Program-made: the position numbers and the translations under genes
Notes under the pieces: generated by a model
The model's database searches: none
Told to the model about the DNA's origin: nothing
Seen by the model: the letters and a program-made list of their open reading frames with translations, nothing else
Part shown: in pieces, positions 9,619-20,777 of the stretch
Layout of the letters: the number at the start of each line of letters is the position of its first letter
Position numbering within the stretch: the first letter of the stretch is position 1
Assembly (NCBI RefSeq): GCF_030656345.1
Contig: NZ_JAUSNR010000014.1
Span: 2,179 to 66,178 of the forward strand
DNA from: Pseudotabrizicola sp.
Lineage (GTDB): Bacteria > Pseudomonadota > Alphaproteobacteria > Rhodobacterales > Rhodobacteraceae
Reading direction: 5' to 3'
DNA length: 64,000 bases

Positions 9619-11190
9619 ATGGTTGCAAAGTTTGAACTGACGGATGCTTCGGTCGTTGTCATCATCGGTACCGGCGCGGGGGGCGGCACACTGGCAAACG
9701 AGCTGGCACAGAAGGGCGTCAAGGTTGTCGCGCTTGAGGCCGGCGGGCGCTATCTGCCCGAAGACTATGTAAACGACGAATGGGAGTCTTTTGGTCAGCT
9801 GGCCTGGCTCGACAAGCGCACAACCAGCGGTGACTGGCGCGTCGCCCGCGACTTCAGCGGCCTTCCGGCATGGATCGTAAAGGCCGTCGGTGGCACGACC
9901 ACCCATTGGGCAGGGGCGTCGCTGCGGTTTCAGGACCATGAATGGAAAGCGCTGACCAATTATGGCCGGGTTGACGGGGCCAACCTGCTCGACTGGCCGA
10001 TTGACGGTGCGGAAATGGCACCTTGGTACGATCTGGCCGAAACCAAGATGGGCGTGACCCGCACCGGCGACCGTCCGGGCCTGCCCGGCAACAACAATTA
10101 CAAGGTGTTCGAAAAGGGTGCACTTTCTGTCGGCTACAAGGAAGTTCACACCGGCCGCATGGCGATCCAGACCCGCGACGACGGCGACCGCCCGCCCTGC
10201 CAGCAGACCGGCTTTTGCTTTCAGGGCTGCAAATGGGGCGCAAAATGGTCAACCGCCTATACCGAGATTCCGCAGGGCGAGGCGACCGGCAATCTGGAAG
10301 TCCGCGAACGCGCCCATGTTGCCCGTATTCTGCATGATGATGCCGGCAAGGTGACAGGCGTGGTCTATTTCGACGCTGACGGCAATGAACAGACCCAGAT
10401 GGCGCGCATCGTCTGCGTTGCGGGCAACACCATCGAAAGCCCGCGCCTGCTGCTGAATTCGGCCTCCGAGATGTTCCCCGACGGGCTTGCCAATTCATCC
10501 GGTCAGGTTGGCCGCAACTACATGCGACATGTGACAGGCTCGGTTTATGGCGTATTCGACAAACCGGTGCGGATGTGGCGTGGCACCACGATGGCCGGGA
10601 TTATTCAGGACGAGGCCGGGCACAATCCTGATCGCGGATTTGTCGGCGGCTATGAGCTGGAGACGCTCGCGCTGGGTCTGCCCTTCATGGCGGCCTTTCT
10701 TGATCCGGGCGGCTGGGGGCGGGAGTTCACAACGGCGCTCGATTCCTATGAGAACATGGCCGGAATGTGGATCGTGGGCGAAGATATGCCGCAGGAAACC
10801 AACCGGGTCACCGTCAACCGGGATCAGCCGGATCAGTTCGGCCTGCCGTCGCCCAACGTGCATTTCAACGACCATCCAAATGATGTCGCGATGCGCAAGC
10901 ATGCCTATGATCAGGGTATCGCCATTTACAAGGCGGTGGGGGCAACCCGGGTTTTCCCGACGCCGCCCTATCCCTCGACCCACAACCTCGGCACGAATCG
11001 CATGTCTGAAAATCCGCGCGACGGTGTGGTGAACAAGTGGGGCCAGACGCATGACGTCGCAAACCTGTTTGTGTCAGACGGCAGCCAGTTCACAACCGGG
11101 GCCGCAGAGAACCCGACGCTGACGATTGTTGCTTTGGCCATCCGCCAGGCGGACCACATCGCCAGCGAGATGGCGAAGGGCACTTTGTGA
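9619..11190 (+). CDS. GMC family oxidoreductase
   Basis: IIGTGAGGG FAD motif, CQQTGFCFQGC Fe-S motif, HNLGT...NPTLTI. Confidence 0.93.
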   Translation: MVAKFELTDASVVVIIGTGAGGGTLANELAQKGVKVVALEAGGRYLPEDYVNDEWESFGQLAWLDKRTTSGDWRVARDFSGLPAWIVKAVGGTTTHWAGASLRFQDHEWKALTNYGRVDGANLLDWPIDGAEMAPWYDLAETKMGVTRTGDRPGLPGNNNYKVFEKGALSVGYKEVHTGRMAIQTRDDGDRPPCQQTGFCFQGCKWGAKWSTAYTEIPQGEATGNLEVRERAHVARILHDDAGKVTGVVYFDADGNEQTQMARIVCVAGNTIESPRLLLNSASEMFPDGLANSSGQVGRNYMRHVTGSVYGVFDKPVRMWRGTTMAGIIQDEAGHNPDRGFVGGYELETLALGLPFMAAFLDPGGWGREFTTALDSYENMAGMWIVGEDMPQETNRVTVNRDQPDQFGLPSPNVHFNDHPNDVAMRKHAYDQGIAIYKAVGATRVFPTPPYPSTHNLGTNRMSENPRDGVVNKWGQTHDVANLFVSDGSQFTTGAAENPTLTIVALAIRQADHIASEMAKGTL

Positions 11191-11199
11191 GGCAGCGGG

Positions 11200-11220
11200 G
11201 GACGGTGGCGGTCACCGTCC
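11200..11220. terminator. Hairpin between convergent GMC and LysR genes
   Basis: GGACGGTG-N5-CACCGTCC. Confidence 0.5.
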
Positions 11221-11267
11221 TCTGTCTGTGCAGCTTTGGCGAGGCGGCCAGTTGCCCTTGGCCCACG

Positions 11268-12144
11268 TCACAGGTCTGCTGATCTGTGCCTGAGCGGCAT
11301 GAAACCCGTGCGGATCATGTCAACGAGTTCATCTATGGCTTCGCTTGACCGCAGAGCCCGGCGACGCAGAACCACGCGGGAGGAATCGACCAGCGGAAAA
11401 CCATCCGCTTCGGTCAGCGCCCGGCACTCCGGGGGGATGTTGCTGCGGGACAGGGCCGCGATCGCAAGACCTGACGAGACGGCCATCTTCAGGCCGCTGC
11501 TGGTTTCGCATGAAAACGCCACCCGGTAGCGTATCCCATGCTGCTCCAGCGACCGGATTGCGAATTCGGTGCACCAGATCGACGGATCGTAAACCGCAAT
11601 CGGAACCGGGTTGCGCAGGTGCAGATTGTGCAGCCCGGATGTCACCCAGACCGTCGGATCAATGCACAAAACCTCGCCGGTTGTTTCCTGATGCCAGTCG
11701 AACACCACCGCAAGGTCCAGCTCATTGCGGTCAAGTGCTGCGATCTGCTGGGCAGAATAGCCGCATTTGATCGTCACCTCGACCGCCGGATGCCGTTCTG
11801 AAAACGCTGCCAGAACCTGCGGCAACACCGACTGGCTGTACTCCTCGGGGATGCCGATCCGCACCGGCCCGTCCAGCGCCCTTGGTCATCGCGGCCGTGG
11901 CCTCGTCAAGCAGCCCGGTGATGCGCCGGGCAAAGGGAAGAAGCTGCTCTCCGCGTGCCGTCAGACGCACGCCACGTGGCCCACGGTCGAACAAGGTGGT
12001 GTCCAGGTCGGATTCAAGACGCTTTATCTGCATGCTGACGGCGGATTGCGTCCGGCCAAGCAGATCGGCCGCGCGGGTCAGATTGCGGCTGGTGGCGACG
12101 GTCAGGAAGGCGCGCAGCAATTCACTGCTCGGCGGGTTGATCAT
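11268..12144 (-). pseudogene. LysR family regulator with a frameshift near 11880
   Basis: HTH half (LGRTQSAVSMQIKRLE) and effector half (LDGPVRIGIPEEY...) lie in different frames; junction ATG ACC AAG G GCG CTG GAC. Confidence 0.8.
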
Positions 12145-12251
12145 GCTGGCCCATCATCAGAAATCTTCATGTCTGTCATAACGACTATTCGATTGTCTGA
12201 TGGATAAATCAACCTCAAATGGGCCTTGTTCAACCTTGTGGGGCCGGGATC

Positions 12252-12482
12252 ATGGCTATGCAAATTCTGCGCCGACTGGGGGAATTGCCCCGCCGGATGA
12301 CTGCCTTGTGCGCCTTTCTGCACCGCGATGCCGCCGAACGCCGCGCGCTGCGCGATATCGTGCAAAAGCCGGATGACCATTGGATTGAAGACGCCGGACT
12401 CACACGGGATGAGGCGCAGCGGCTGCTGCAGCAATCCACACTGCACCGGCTTGCCGAATGGCTGCGCGCTGGCGAAAAGTAA
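12252..12482 (+). CDS. DUF1127-like small protein
   Basis: ERRALRD...DDHWIEDAGLTRDEA; divergent from LysR, a common pairing. Confidence 0.6.
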   Translation: MAMQILRRLGELPRRMTALCAFLHRDAAERRALRDIVQKPDDHWIEDAGLTRDEAQRLLQQSTLHRLAEWLRAGEK

Positions 12483-12530
12483 ACTGCAACCCGTTCAGGC
12501 CTGATTAAAGGAAACTGTTTCAGGCCCGCG

Positions 12531-13985
12531 CTAGCTGCGCGCCCGTGCAACGGCGCCTGCCCATGACTGGCGCGCAGCATCGCGTGAGGCGGCGGAGAGA
12601 TCGGGCGCAAAAACGGTCACCCGTTCTTGCTGCACGCAAGATCCCATGCCAATCGCTGCAAAGGCCATAGCGGCGACGCCAAGGGCACCCACCTCTTCCA
12701 CTTCGGCGCGCAGGACCGGCCGGCCCAGCAGATCGGCCTGCATCTGCATCAGAAATGCGTTGCCCGTCGCCCCCCCATCGGCGCGCAGATCGGCCAGCGG
12801 ATGGCCGGTATCTGCCTCCATTGCGGCGAAGACATCGGCAATCTGATGGGCAATCGCCTCCAGCGTGGCGCGGGCCAGATGGGCTGGCAGGGTGGCGTGG
12901 GTCATTCCGGTGACAAGCCCGGTCGCACGGTCATCCCAATGTGGGGCACCAAGGCCCGCGAGCGCGGGCACAAAGGCCACGCCGCCGGAGTCTGGCACGG
13001 TTTGCGCCAGATCGGACAGGGCCGTGGCACCCCCAAGCCCCAGCAAGCCCGCCATGAATGCCGCGGCCTGCGCCGACACCGTGATATTTCCTTCAAGCGC
13101 ATAGGCAATGCCTGTGCGGTCGCGCCAGGCAATCGTGCCCGACAGCCCGTGGCCCGAGGCGACCCGTGCGGGTGTCAGGGTCATCAAGGATGACCCGGTG
13201 CCGAAGGTCGCCTTGACCGCCCCGGGCGTGCGCACGCCATGGCCGTAAAGCGCCGCATGGCTGTCGCCCATCATCGCGCGGATCGGGATACCTGCGGGCA
13301 GGGCGGTTGTGTCTGCTGTCAGGCCAAAGTCGGCATCCGAGGCCATGACCTTCGGCAGTGCCCCGATGGGCGCACCGAACAGGGCGCACAGCCCGGCACT
13401 CCACTCCAGCCGTTGGGTGTCAAACAACTGCGTGCGCGAGGCGTTTGAGGCGTCGGTGGCAAAGCTGGCACCCGCTGTCAGGTTCCACAGCAGCCAGGCA
13501 TCCACCGTCCCCGCGCGCAGTTGCCCCGCGCGCGCCAGGTCAGCGACACCCGGAACATGGTCCATCGACCAGCCAAATTTTGAGGCCGGAAACAGCGGGT
13601 TGATGCCCAGGCCGGTCAGCCCGACCACGCGGGCATCATGGCCCGCTGTCAGCAGGTCCGCGCAGGCCGCAGCCGAGCGGCGGCACTGCCACAGAATCGC
13701 GGGCGCGACTGGCCGTCCGCTGCGGGCATCCCACAGCACCAGCGTTTCGCGCTGGTTGGCGATGGCAAGCGCCGCGATGCGGCCTGCGCCTTGCGGGACC
13801 AGTGCCGCAATGACCGTCTTTACCGACTGCCAGATCGCATCGGCAGACTGTTCGGCCCAGCCGGGTTGCGGATAATCGGTGGTCAGCGCGGACGTGGCGC
13901 GGGCGTGGATCACGCCCGCCGCATCGACCAGAACCGCCTTGGTGTTGGTCGTGCCCTGATCAATGGCAAGGACAAGATCGCTCAC
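12531..13985 (-). CDS. FGGY carbohydrate kinase (probable apulose kinase)
   Basis: LAIDQGTTNTK, NQRET, TDASNASRT; GTG start overlaps the transketolase stop; function inferred from context. Confidence 0.85.
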   Translation of the reverse strand: MSDLVLAIDQGTTNTKAVLVDAAGVIHARATSALTTDYPQPGWAEQSADAIWQSVKTVIAALVPQGAGRIAALAIANQRETLVLWDARSGRPVAPAILWQCRRSAAACADLLTAGHDARVVGLTGLGINPLFPASKFGWSMDHVPGVADLARAGQLRAGTVDAWLLWNLTAGASFATDASNASRTQLFDTQRLEWSAGLCALFGAPIGALPKVMASDADFGLTADTTALPAGIPIRAMMGDSHAALYGHGVRTPGAVKATFGTGSSLMTLTPARVASGHGLSGTIAWRDRTGIAYALEGNITVSAQAAAFMAGLLGLGGATALSDLAQTVPDSGGVAFVPALAGLGAPHWDDRATGLVTGMTHATLPAHLARATLEAIAHQIADVFAAMEADTGHPLADLRADGGATGNAFLMQMQADLLGRPVLRAEVEEVGALGVAAMAFAAIGMGSCVQQERVTVFAPDLSAASRDAARQSWAGAVARARS

Positions 13986-14944
13986 CGTTTTGCGCGCTCC
14001 AGCGCGGCGATGGCGCGGGCGGCGATGTTGGCGGCTGTCAGCCCGTATTCGGCAAACAGCCAGTCCGCCGATCCGGTGACGACAAAGCCGGGAAAGCCCA
14101 CACGCTCTAACGGAACCGGGCGGTTGGCGGTGATCAGTTCCGCCACCGCGCCGCCCAGACCACCCCGCACAGATGCTTCCTCGACCGTGACAATAGCGCG
14201 CGTTTCTTCCGCCGCCGCCAGCACCGCCGCGTCGTCCAGCGGATTGATCGTAGACATGTTCAGCACGCGGGCGGACACACCCTGTGCCCCCAGCACCCGC
14301 GCCGCCGCAAGGGCGATATGGCTGGTGGTGCCCGAGCCTATCAGTGTGACATTGTGACCCTGCTGCAGCAGTTCTGCCTTGCCCGGGCGGAAGACTCGGT
14401 TTTCGACCACCAGATCCGGCACCGGCATGCGCGACAGGCGCAGATAGACCGGCCCATCGTGGGTGGCGGCCCATTTCACTGCCTCGGCGGTTTCCCAGGC
14501 GTCGGCGGGGGCGATCACGATCAGGTTGGTCAGGGGGCGCAACCAGGCGAAATCCTCGATTGAATGGTGCGTCGCCCCCAGCTCGCCATAAGCAACACCC
14601 GAGGATTGGCCGACCAGTTTCACGTTGAAATTGGCATAGGCGATGTCTGCCTTCACCTGTTCCAGCGCGCGGCCCGTCAGAAAGCACGATGCAGCCGACA
14701 CGAACGGAACTTTGCCGCCATTGGCCAGCCCGGCGCTGACGCCCACCATCACCTGTTCGGCAATGCCCACATTGATCAGCCGGTCGGGAAACTCGGCGGC
14801 AAAGGCATCCAGCTTGGAGGACCCGACGGAATCGTTGACCACAGCGACGATACGGTCATCTGTGCGCGCCAGATCTGCAAGTGTTTTTGCCCAGGCGTTG
14901 CGGCAATCGGACAGTCCGGCGGCGGTTTGTGTCGGCGCAGCCAT
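13982..14944 (-). CDS. Transketolase C-terminal subunit (probable AptB-like)
   Basis: NVGIAEQ, GATHHSIED, GPVYLRL, TVEE. Confidence 0.9.
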   Translation of the reverse strand: MAAPTQTAAGLSDCRNAWAKTLADLARTDDRIVAVVNDSVGSSKLDAFAAEFPDRLINVGIAEQVMVGVSAGLANGGKVPFVSAASCFLTGRALEQVKADIAYANFNVKLVGQSSGVAYGELGATHHSIEDFAWLRPLTNLIVIAPADAWETAEAVKWAATHDGPVYLRLSRMPVPDLVVENRVFRPGKAELLQQGHNVTLIGSGTTSHIALAAARVLGAQGVSARVLNMSTINPLDDAAVLAAAEETRAIVTVEEASVRGGLGGAVAELITANRPVPLERVGFPGFVVTGSADWLFAEYGLTAANIAARAIAALERAKR

Positions 14945-15768
14945 CAGACCAGTTCCTCCATCGCTTGGGCGAATTGTGCGGCATTGGGCACGCCATGGTG
15001 CCAGTTTGCCTTGTTTTCCATGAAAGTCACACCCTTGCCCTTCACCGTATTGGCGATCACGCACAGCGGCTTGCCCCGGCCCTTGGGCGGGGCTGACAGC
15101 AAGCGGTGCAGGGCGGCCACATCATGGCCATCGACCATTTCGACATGCCAGCCAAAGGCGCGATACTTGTCGTCCAGCGGGTCCAGCCCGATGGTGTCTT
15201 CCGTTCCCGCCCCCTGTTGCAGGCGGTTGCGGTCGATGATCAGCGTCAGGTTTTCCAGCTTGCGGTGCCCGGCATTCAGCGCCGCCTCCCAGTTCGAGCC
15301 TTCCTGCTGTTCGCCATCCCCGGTCAGCACAAAGGTGCGGAACTCGAGCCCTGACATCTGCCCGGCAATCGCGATGCCCAAAGCCACCGGAAAGCCATGC
15401 CCCAGCGGCCCGGTGTTGGTCTCAACCCCCGGCAGATAATTGCGGTTCGGGTGGCCGTTCAGCATGGACCTTGGCTGCATATAGGTCGGCAGCCAGTCTT
15501 CGGGGAAGTATCCGGCAGCGCAAAGCACGGTGTAAAGCGCCCCGGTCGCATGGCCCTTTGACATGATGAACCGATCTCGCGCGGCCCACTCGGGGCGTGT
15601 CGCATCATAGCGCAGAATCCCGAAGTACAGTGTGGCCATGATGTCGATGGCGGAAAAGTCGCCGCCGGGATGGCCGAGCCGTGCTTCATACACCATCCGG
15701 AACGCACGGCGGCGCATCCACAGCGCTTTTTCGCGGATCAGATCGGTCGGGTCATTTGCCAGGGTCAT
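14944..15768 (-). CDS. Transketolase N-terminal subunit (probable AptA-like)
   Basis: DRFIMSKGH, TGPLGHG, TPP motif GDGEQQEGSNWEA...N. Confidence 0.9.
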   Translation of the reverse strand: MTLANDPTDLIREKALWMRRRAFRMVYEARLGHPGGDFSAIDIMATLYFGILRYDATRPEWAARDRFIMSKGHATGALYTVLCAAGYFPEDWLPTYMQPRSMLNGHPNRNYLPGVETNTGPLGHGFPVALGIAIAGQMSGLEFRTFVLTGDGEQQEGSNWEAALNAGHRKLENLTLIIDRNRLQQGAGTEDTIGLDPLDDKYRAFGWHVEMVDGHDVAALHRLLSAPPKGRGKPLCVIANTVKGKGVTFMENKANWHHGVPNAAQFAQAMEELV

Positions 15769-15781
15769 GTGTCTTGCTGCC

Positions 15782-17248
15782 TTAGAAGCGGTTCGGATGG
15801 AAAAGCTGCGGCTCGGGTTCGGCACCGTGGTGATAGATCGGCCAGCGCAGATAGCGGGTGACGGCCTCATTCACCACGTCGGCATGATTGCCGCGCACCA
15901 TGGCGACGTGATGTTCAAACCCGTTCTGGCTGACAAAGCGCAGCAGACGGCGCAGATCAGGCACCCGGGTCACTGCGATGCCGCCATCCATGGGGAAGGG
16001 GTGATCGGTGAATTCGCCCTCACCCAGATAGCATTTCATCATGCCCAGACGGTCATCGGTCGACAGACGGAAATAGGTCATCGGGCCGGGCCTGACCTTG
16101 CCCTTGACCGCGCCAAAGCATTTCGACTTGCCGATGGTGGCACCCAGCACATCCAGCTCGCTGATCTCGGGCGTGTCGCCGATGAAGGATTTCGGGTAGT
16201 TGCCGCAATGGGTGCAGACGCACAGATCGGGCTCATGGCCGTAATTGTTGTTCCAGTCCAGCAGCGCCGGGGGCGCGCCGGACGCCAAGGCCAGCGCATA
16301 CATCGACACCGCGCCGATCACGTCGACTTCACAGGCCGATGGCATCAGTTCTTCGCCCATCATGCTCATGGTCACACAGGTGGCGCAGCCGAAATTGTCC
16401 TGCAACGACCGCCAGCACTGGATGGCGCTGGCGTCGCATTCGTTTTCCTCGATCCATCGGTTGACAGCGAGGGTCCACTTGGCCTGCCGGATAATCTGTT
16501 CAGGCTGGATATGGGCGGGGATCGTGCCGTAGGCTTTGATCCGCTCCATCTTTTCGATCATCGCCGGGTCGGTGTCGGCAATCGCGCCCGCACTTTGCAT
16601 CATCTCGGACAGATCAACGGTCACCACCGTCAACCCAGAGGCCTGCAGCAGCTTTTCCGAATAGCGCATGGTCTGGAACGCCCCTGTCCGCGCGCCGATG
16701 GCACCTATGCGGGCGTTCGTCAAGCCACGCACCGTGCGGCAGACCCGGGCAAAACGGTCAAGGTCGTGGCCGAATTCCTCGCCCCAGGTGTCACAGGTGT
16801 GGTTGGTGGTTTCGGTGAAGGGGATGCCGTATTGCCAGAAGTTGTTCGACACCGACAGTTTGCCGCAAAAGGCATCGCGGCGTTCCGCGACCGAGACCTT
16901 ATCCACTTCGTCATTCGAGGCCTGCAGCAGGATCGGCACGTTCAGCCTGGCGCGGTTGACCAGTTCTGCCACTGCAATCTCGTCGCCGAAGTTCGGCAGG
17001 CAGATCACCAGACCGTCAATGGCGTCGCGGTGCTTCTTGAAATGCTCGGCATAAATCTGGGCATCTGCAATCGACTGCACGGCGCCATTCGCCGTGGCCT
17101 CAAACGGCAGGATGACCGCGTTTACGCCAAGGCGCTCCAGCTGGGCCAGAACCTCATCACGCGCGGCCTTGCACGGGGCAGGGCTGAAGAACGCCCGGCT
17201 GCCGATGACCACGCCAAGGCTGACCTTGCGGCGGATGGTAAGTGTCAT
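15782..17248 (-). CDS. L-fucose/L-arabinose isomerase family sugar isomerase
   Basis: NFGDE, RDAFCGK, AIQCW, ACEVD, FEHHVAM. Confidence 0.85.
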   Translation of the reverse strand: MTLTIRRKVSLGVVIGSRAFFSPAPCKAARDEVLAQLERLGVNAVILPFEATANGAVQSIADAQIYAEHFKKHRDAIDGLVICLPNFGDEIAVAELVNRARLNVPILLQASNDEVDKVSVAERRDAFCGKLSVSNNFWQYGIPFTETTNHTCDTWGEEFGHDLDRFARVCRTVRGLTNARIGAIGARTGAFQTMRYSEKLLQASGLTVVTVDLSEMMQSAGAIADTDPAMIEKMERIKAYGTIPAHIQPEQIIRQAKWTLAVNRWIEENECDASAIQCWRSLQDNFGCATCVTMSMMGEELMPSACEVDVIGAVSMYALALASGAPPALLDWNNNYGHEPDLCVCTHCGNYPKSFIGDTPEISELDVLGATIGKSKCFGAVKGKVRPGPMTYFRLSTDDRLGMMKCYLGEGEFTDHPFPMDGGIAVTRVPDLRRLLRFVSQNGFEHHVAMVRGNHADVVNEAVTRYLRWPIYHHGAEPEPQLFHPNRF

Positions 17249-17526
17249 GTCGCTCCTCCGGATAGCGGCGCACCCCTCATGCCACCGCGCGAAAGTTTCG
17301 TTTACTTTCGATTGATGTGTTTTTAGTCCGAGTCGTCCTCTTGATGCAAGCGAAAGCTATGCGGTCGGTTAAGACGGAAAGCTGCCTTTCGAATCGCAAC
17401 CTGCTGATTTTCCTTCTGCAGATGCAGCATTGCCTGCTGCATCTGCAGAATAACCGCCGCCCAAACTGCTCGGTAAGTGAAATTACTACGCTCTAAACGA
17501 AAACACTTGACGGTAAACGCAAATGA

Positions 17527-18528
<1,002 letters not shown>

Positions 18529-18588
18529 GGACCGATCCCGGCGCGCGCCATGTTGCGTGCGCCGGAGCTTTCACAGTGACGGAACCTC

Positions 18589-19233
18589 ATGAAACAGATT
18601 GCCCTTACCGCAGCCTGCCTGCTGGCGGCGCTTTCGCTGTCCGCCTGCAAGATCGTCAAGACCGGCGGTGATGCCGACAAGGCCCCCGCAGCCGATGCCA
18701 GCGGCGACGATGCCCGCATCGGCGCGCTGATGGCCGGGACATGGGAGCCAAAGCTGATCCCCGCAATCACCGAACGCGCCCTGACGCCTGCGGCCTTGCG
18801 TACTGCCATGGCAGACGGGCTCGCGGCGGCGGGCACGGCGCATGGCAAGGCCGGGTCGGGGGCCGGAGCGGCATGGAACTTTGCCGTCAGCGGAGAGGGC
18901 AGGGTGACGGCGGCAAAACTCGACACCCGCGCGCGGGTGCTGGAAGTGGATACCGATGGGAACGGCACCGCAGACCTGACCCTGCAACTGGGTCCGGTGG
19001 TCAAAGGCAGTGCCTTGCGCGACTTTTCCCCGTTCTACGATTTCTCCAGCTTCCGCGACCAGATCGAGTTTGCCAAACTGGGTCGCGCCCTGAACGACGC
19101 CGCAGTTGCGCGACTGACCGTGCCTGACGGTGACCCGACCGGCAAGACTGTTGCCTTTACCGGCGTTCTCGCCCTGAAATCCCCGACCGAAGCCTGGCTG
19201 GTGACGCCGATCTCGGTCGAGGTGATGCCATGA
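18589..19233 (+). CDS. DUF2291 family lipoprotein
   Basis: Lipobox LSAC; QLGPVVKGSALRD...FRDQIEF. Confidence 0.85.
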   Translation: MKQIALTAACLLAALSLSACKIVKTGGDADKAPAADASGDDARIGALMAGTWEPKLIPAITERALTPAALRTAMADGLAAAGTAHGKAGSGAGAAWNFAVSGEGRVTAAKLDTRARVLEVDTDGNGTADLTLQLGPVVKGSALRDFSPFYDFSSFRDQIEFAKLGRALNDAAVARLTVPDGDPTGKTVAFTGVLALKSPTEAWLVTPISVEVMP

Positions 19234-20777
19234 CCGAGGCCCATCCTGTTGGCCTGACCATTCGCGGCGGCGTTAAGGTTTACCCCGGCACCCGCGCCCT
19301 CAAAGACGTGGATTTCGACCTGCGCATGGGTGCCGTCAATGTGCTGGTGGGTGAAAACGGCGCGGGCAAATCCACCCTGATGAAGGTGATCGCCGGGGTC
19401 GAAGATCTGACCGGGGGCGAGGTTTTTCTGAATGGCCAGCCAGTGCGGTTCCGCTCAAAAGCCGAGGCGGTGGCGGCGGGCATCGGCATCGTGTTTCAGG
19501 AGCTGAACCTGTTTCCCAACCTGACGGTGGCCGAAAACATCTTCATCGGCCGCGAACCCACCCGTGCGGGCATCGACATTGACCGCAACCATCAGCGCCG
19601 CGAAACCACCGCGCTGATGCAACGGCTGGAACAGCCGATCGACCCCGACACCCCGCTGGGCAACCTGCGCATCGGCCAGCAGCAGATTGTCGAGATTGCC
19701 AAGGCCTTGGCACAAGATGCGAAAATCCTGATCCTTGATGAACCGACCTCGGCCCTGTCTGCTGCCGAATGTGAAGTGTTGTTCCGCATCATTGATGATC
19801 TGAAGACGCAGGGCGTCGGCATCGTCTATATCAGCCACCGGCTCGAAGAGCTGATCCGCGTCGGCGATTATATCACCGTGCTGCGCGACGGTGAGATCAC
19901 CGGCGCGCGGGCGATGGCGGGCGTGGATATCCCGTGGATCGTGCAGGCGATGATCGGCGGCAGTTCAAAGGAGTTTGGCCGCACCGAAGACTCGGCGTTC
20001 GGAGCGGAAATTTTTCGTGCCGAAAACATCACCCTTCCCCGCAAGGGCGGCGGCTATGCGGTCGACCATCTGTCGCTGTCGATCCGCGCCGGGGAAATCG
20101 TCGGGCTGTATGGCCTGATGGGGGCGGGTCGCACTGAATTTGTCGAATGCATCATGGCCCAGCACCCGCATTCCGGGGGCCGGTTCTTTGTCGAAGGCAA
20201 AGCGCTGACCGAAAAGGATGTGACCGGCCGCATCAGACGCGGCATCGCGCTGATCCCCGAAGACCGCAAGCGTGACGGGTTGGTGCAGATCATGGCGATC
20301 CGCGAAAACATCACCCTGTCGGCGCTGCAGCGCTTTGCCCGGTTCTTTCATCTGGACCTGAAGGCCGAGGCGGAAACTGCCCGGCAGTTTATCAAGGATC
20401 TGACCATCAAGATCGCCAGCCCGGAAAACCCGGTGTCCAGCCTGTCGGGCGGCAACCAGCAAAAGGTGGTGATCGGCAAGGCGCTGATGACCAACCCGAA
20501 GATTCTGCTGATGGATGAACCGTCACGCGGGATCGACATTGGGGCCAAGGCCGAGGTGTTCCGCCTGATGCGCAAACTGGCGGGGCAGGGGTTGGGCATC
20601 CTGTTTGTCACATCAGATCTGGATGAGGTTCTGGCCCTGTCCGACCGGATCATCGTCATGGCCAATGGCCGGATCACCGGCGAATTTCCGGCGGGCACCG
20701 ATGCCGCGCGGGTCATTGCCGCAACCGCCCCGAACACCATCCCTGCCCAGCCCCCCCAGAAGGAGCCCGCCGCATGA
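19230..20777 (+). CDS. Sugar ABC transporter ATP-binding protein (two domains)
   Basis: GENGAGKST, LDEPT, LSGGNQQK. Confidence 0.95.
   Translation: MTEAHPVGLTIRGGVKVYPGTRALKDVDFDLRMGAVNVLVGENGAGKSTLMKVIAGVEDLTGGEVFLNGQPVRFRSKAEAVAAGIGIVFQELNLFPNLTVAENIFIGREPTRAGIDIDRNHQRRETTALMQRLEQPIDPDTPLGNLRIGQQQIVEIAKALAQDAKILILDEPTSALSAAECEVLFRIIDDLKTQGVGIVYISHRLEELIRVGDYITVLRDGEITGARAMAGVDIPWIVQAMIGGSSKEFGRTEDSAFGAEIFRAENITLPRKGGGYAVDHLSLSIRAGEIVGLYGLMGAGRTEFVECIMAQHPHSGGRFFVEGKALTEKDVTGRIRRGIALIPEDRKRDGLVQIMAIRENITLSALQRFARFFHLDLKAEAETARQFIKDLTIKIASPENPVSSLSGGNQQKVVIGKALMTNPKILLMDEPSRGIDIGAKAEVFRLMRKLAGQGLGILFVTSDLDEVLALSDRIIVMANGRITGEFPAGTDAARVIAATAPNTIPAQPPQKEPAA

Noticed and set aside
13986-14687. 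N-terminal extension making the kinase ORF 718 aa
   Set aside because: It overlaps the transketolase gene in another frame; kinase motifs begin at GTG 13985.
15632-17326. 564-aa plus-strand ORF and similar long antisense ORFs (e.g. 17323-18501, 27132-28274, 61303-62598)
   Set aside because: Shadow frames of well-supported genes in high-GC DNA, with no recognisable motifs.
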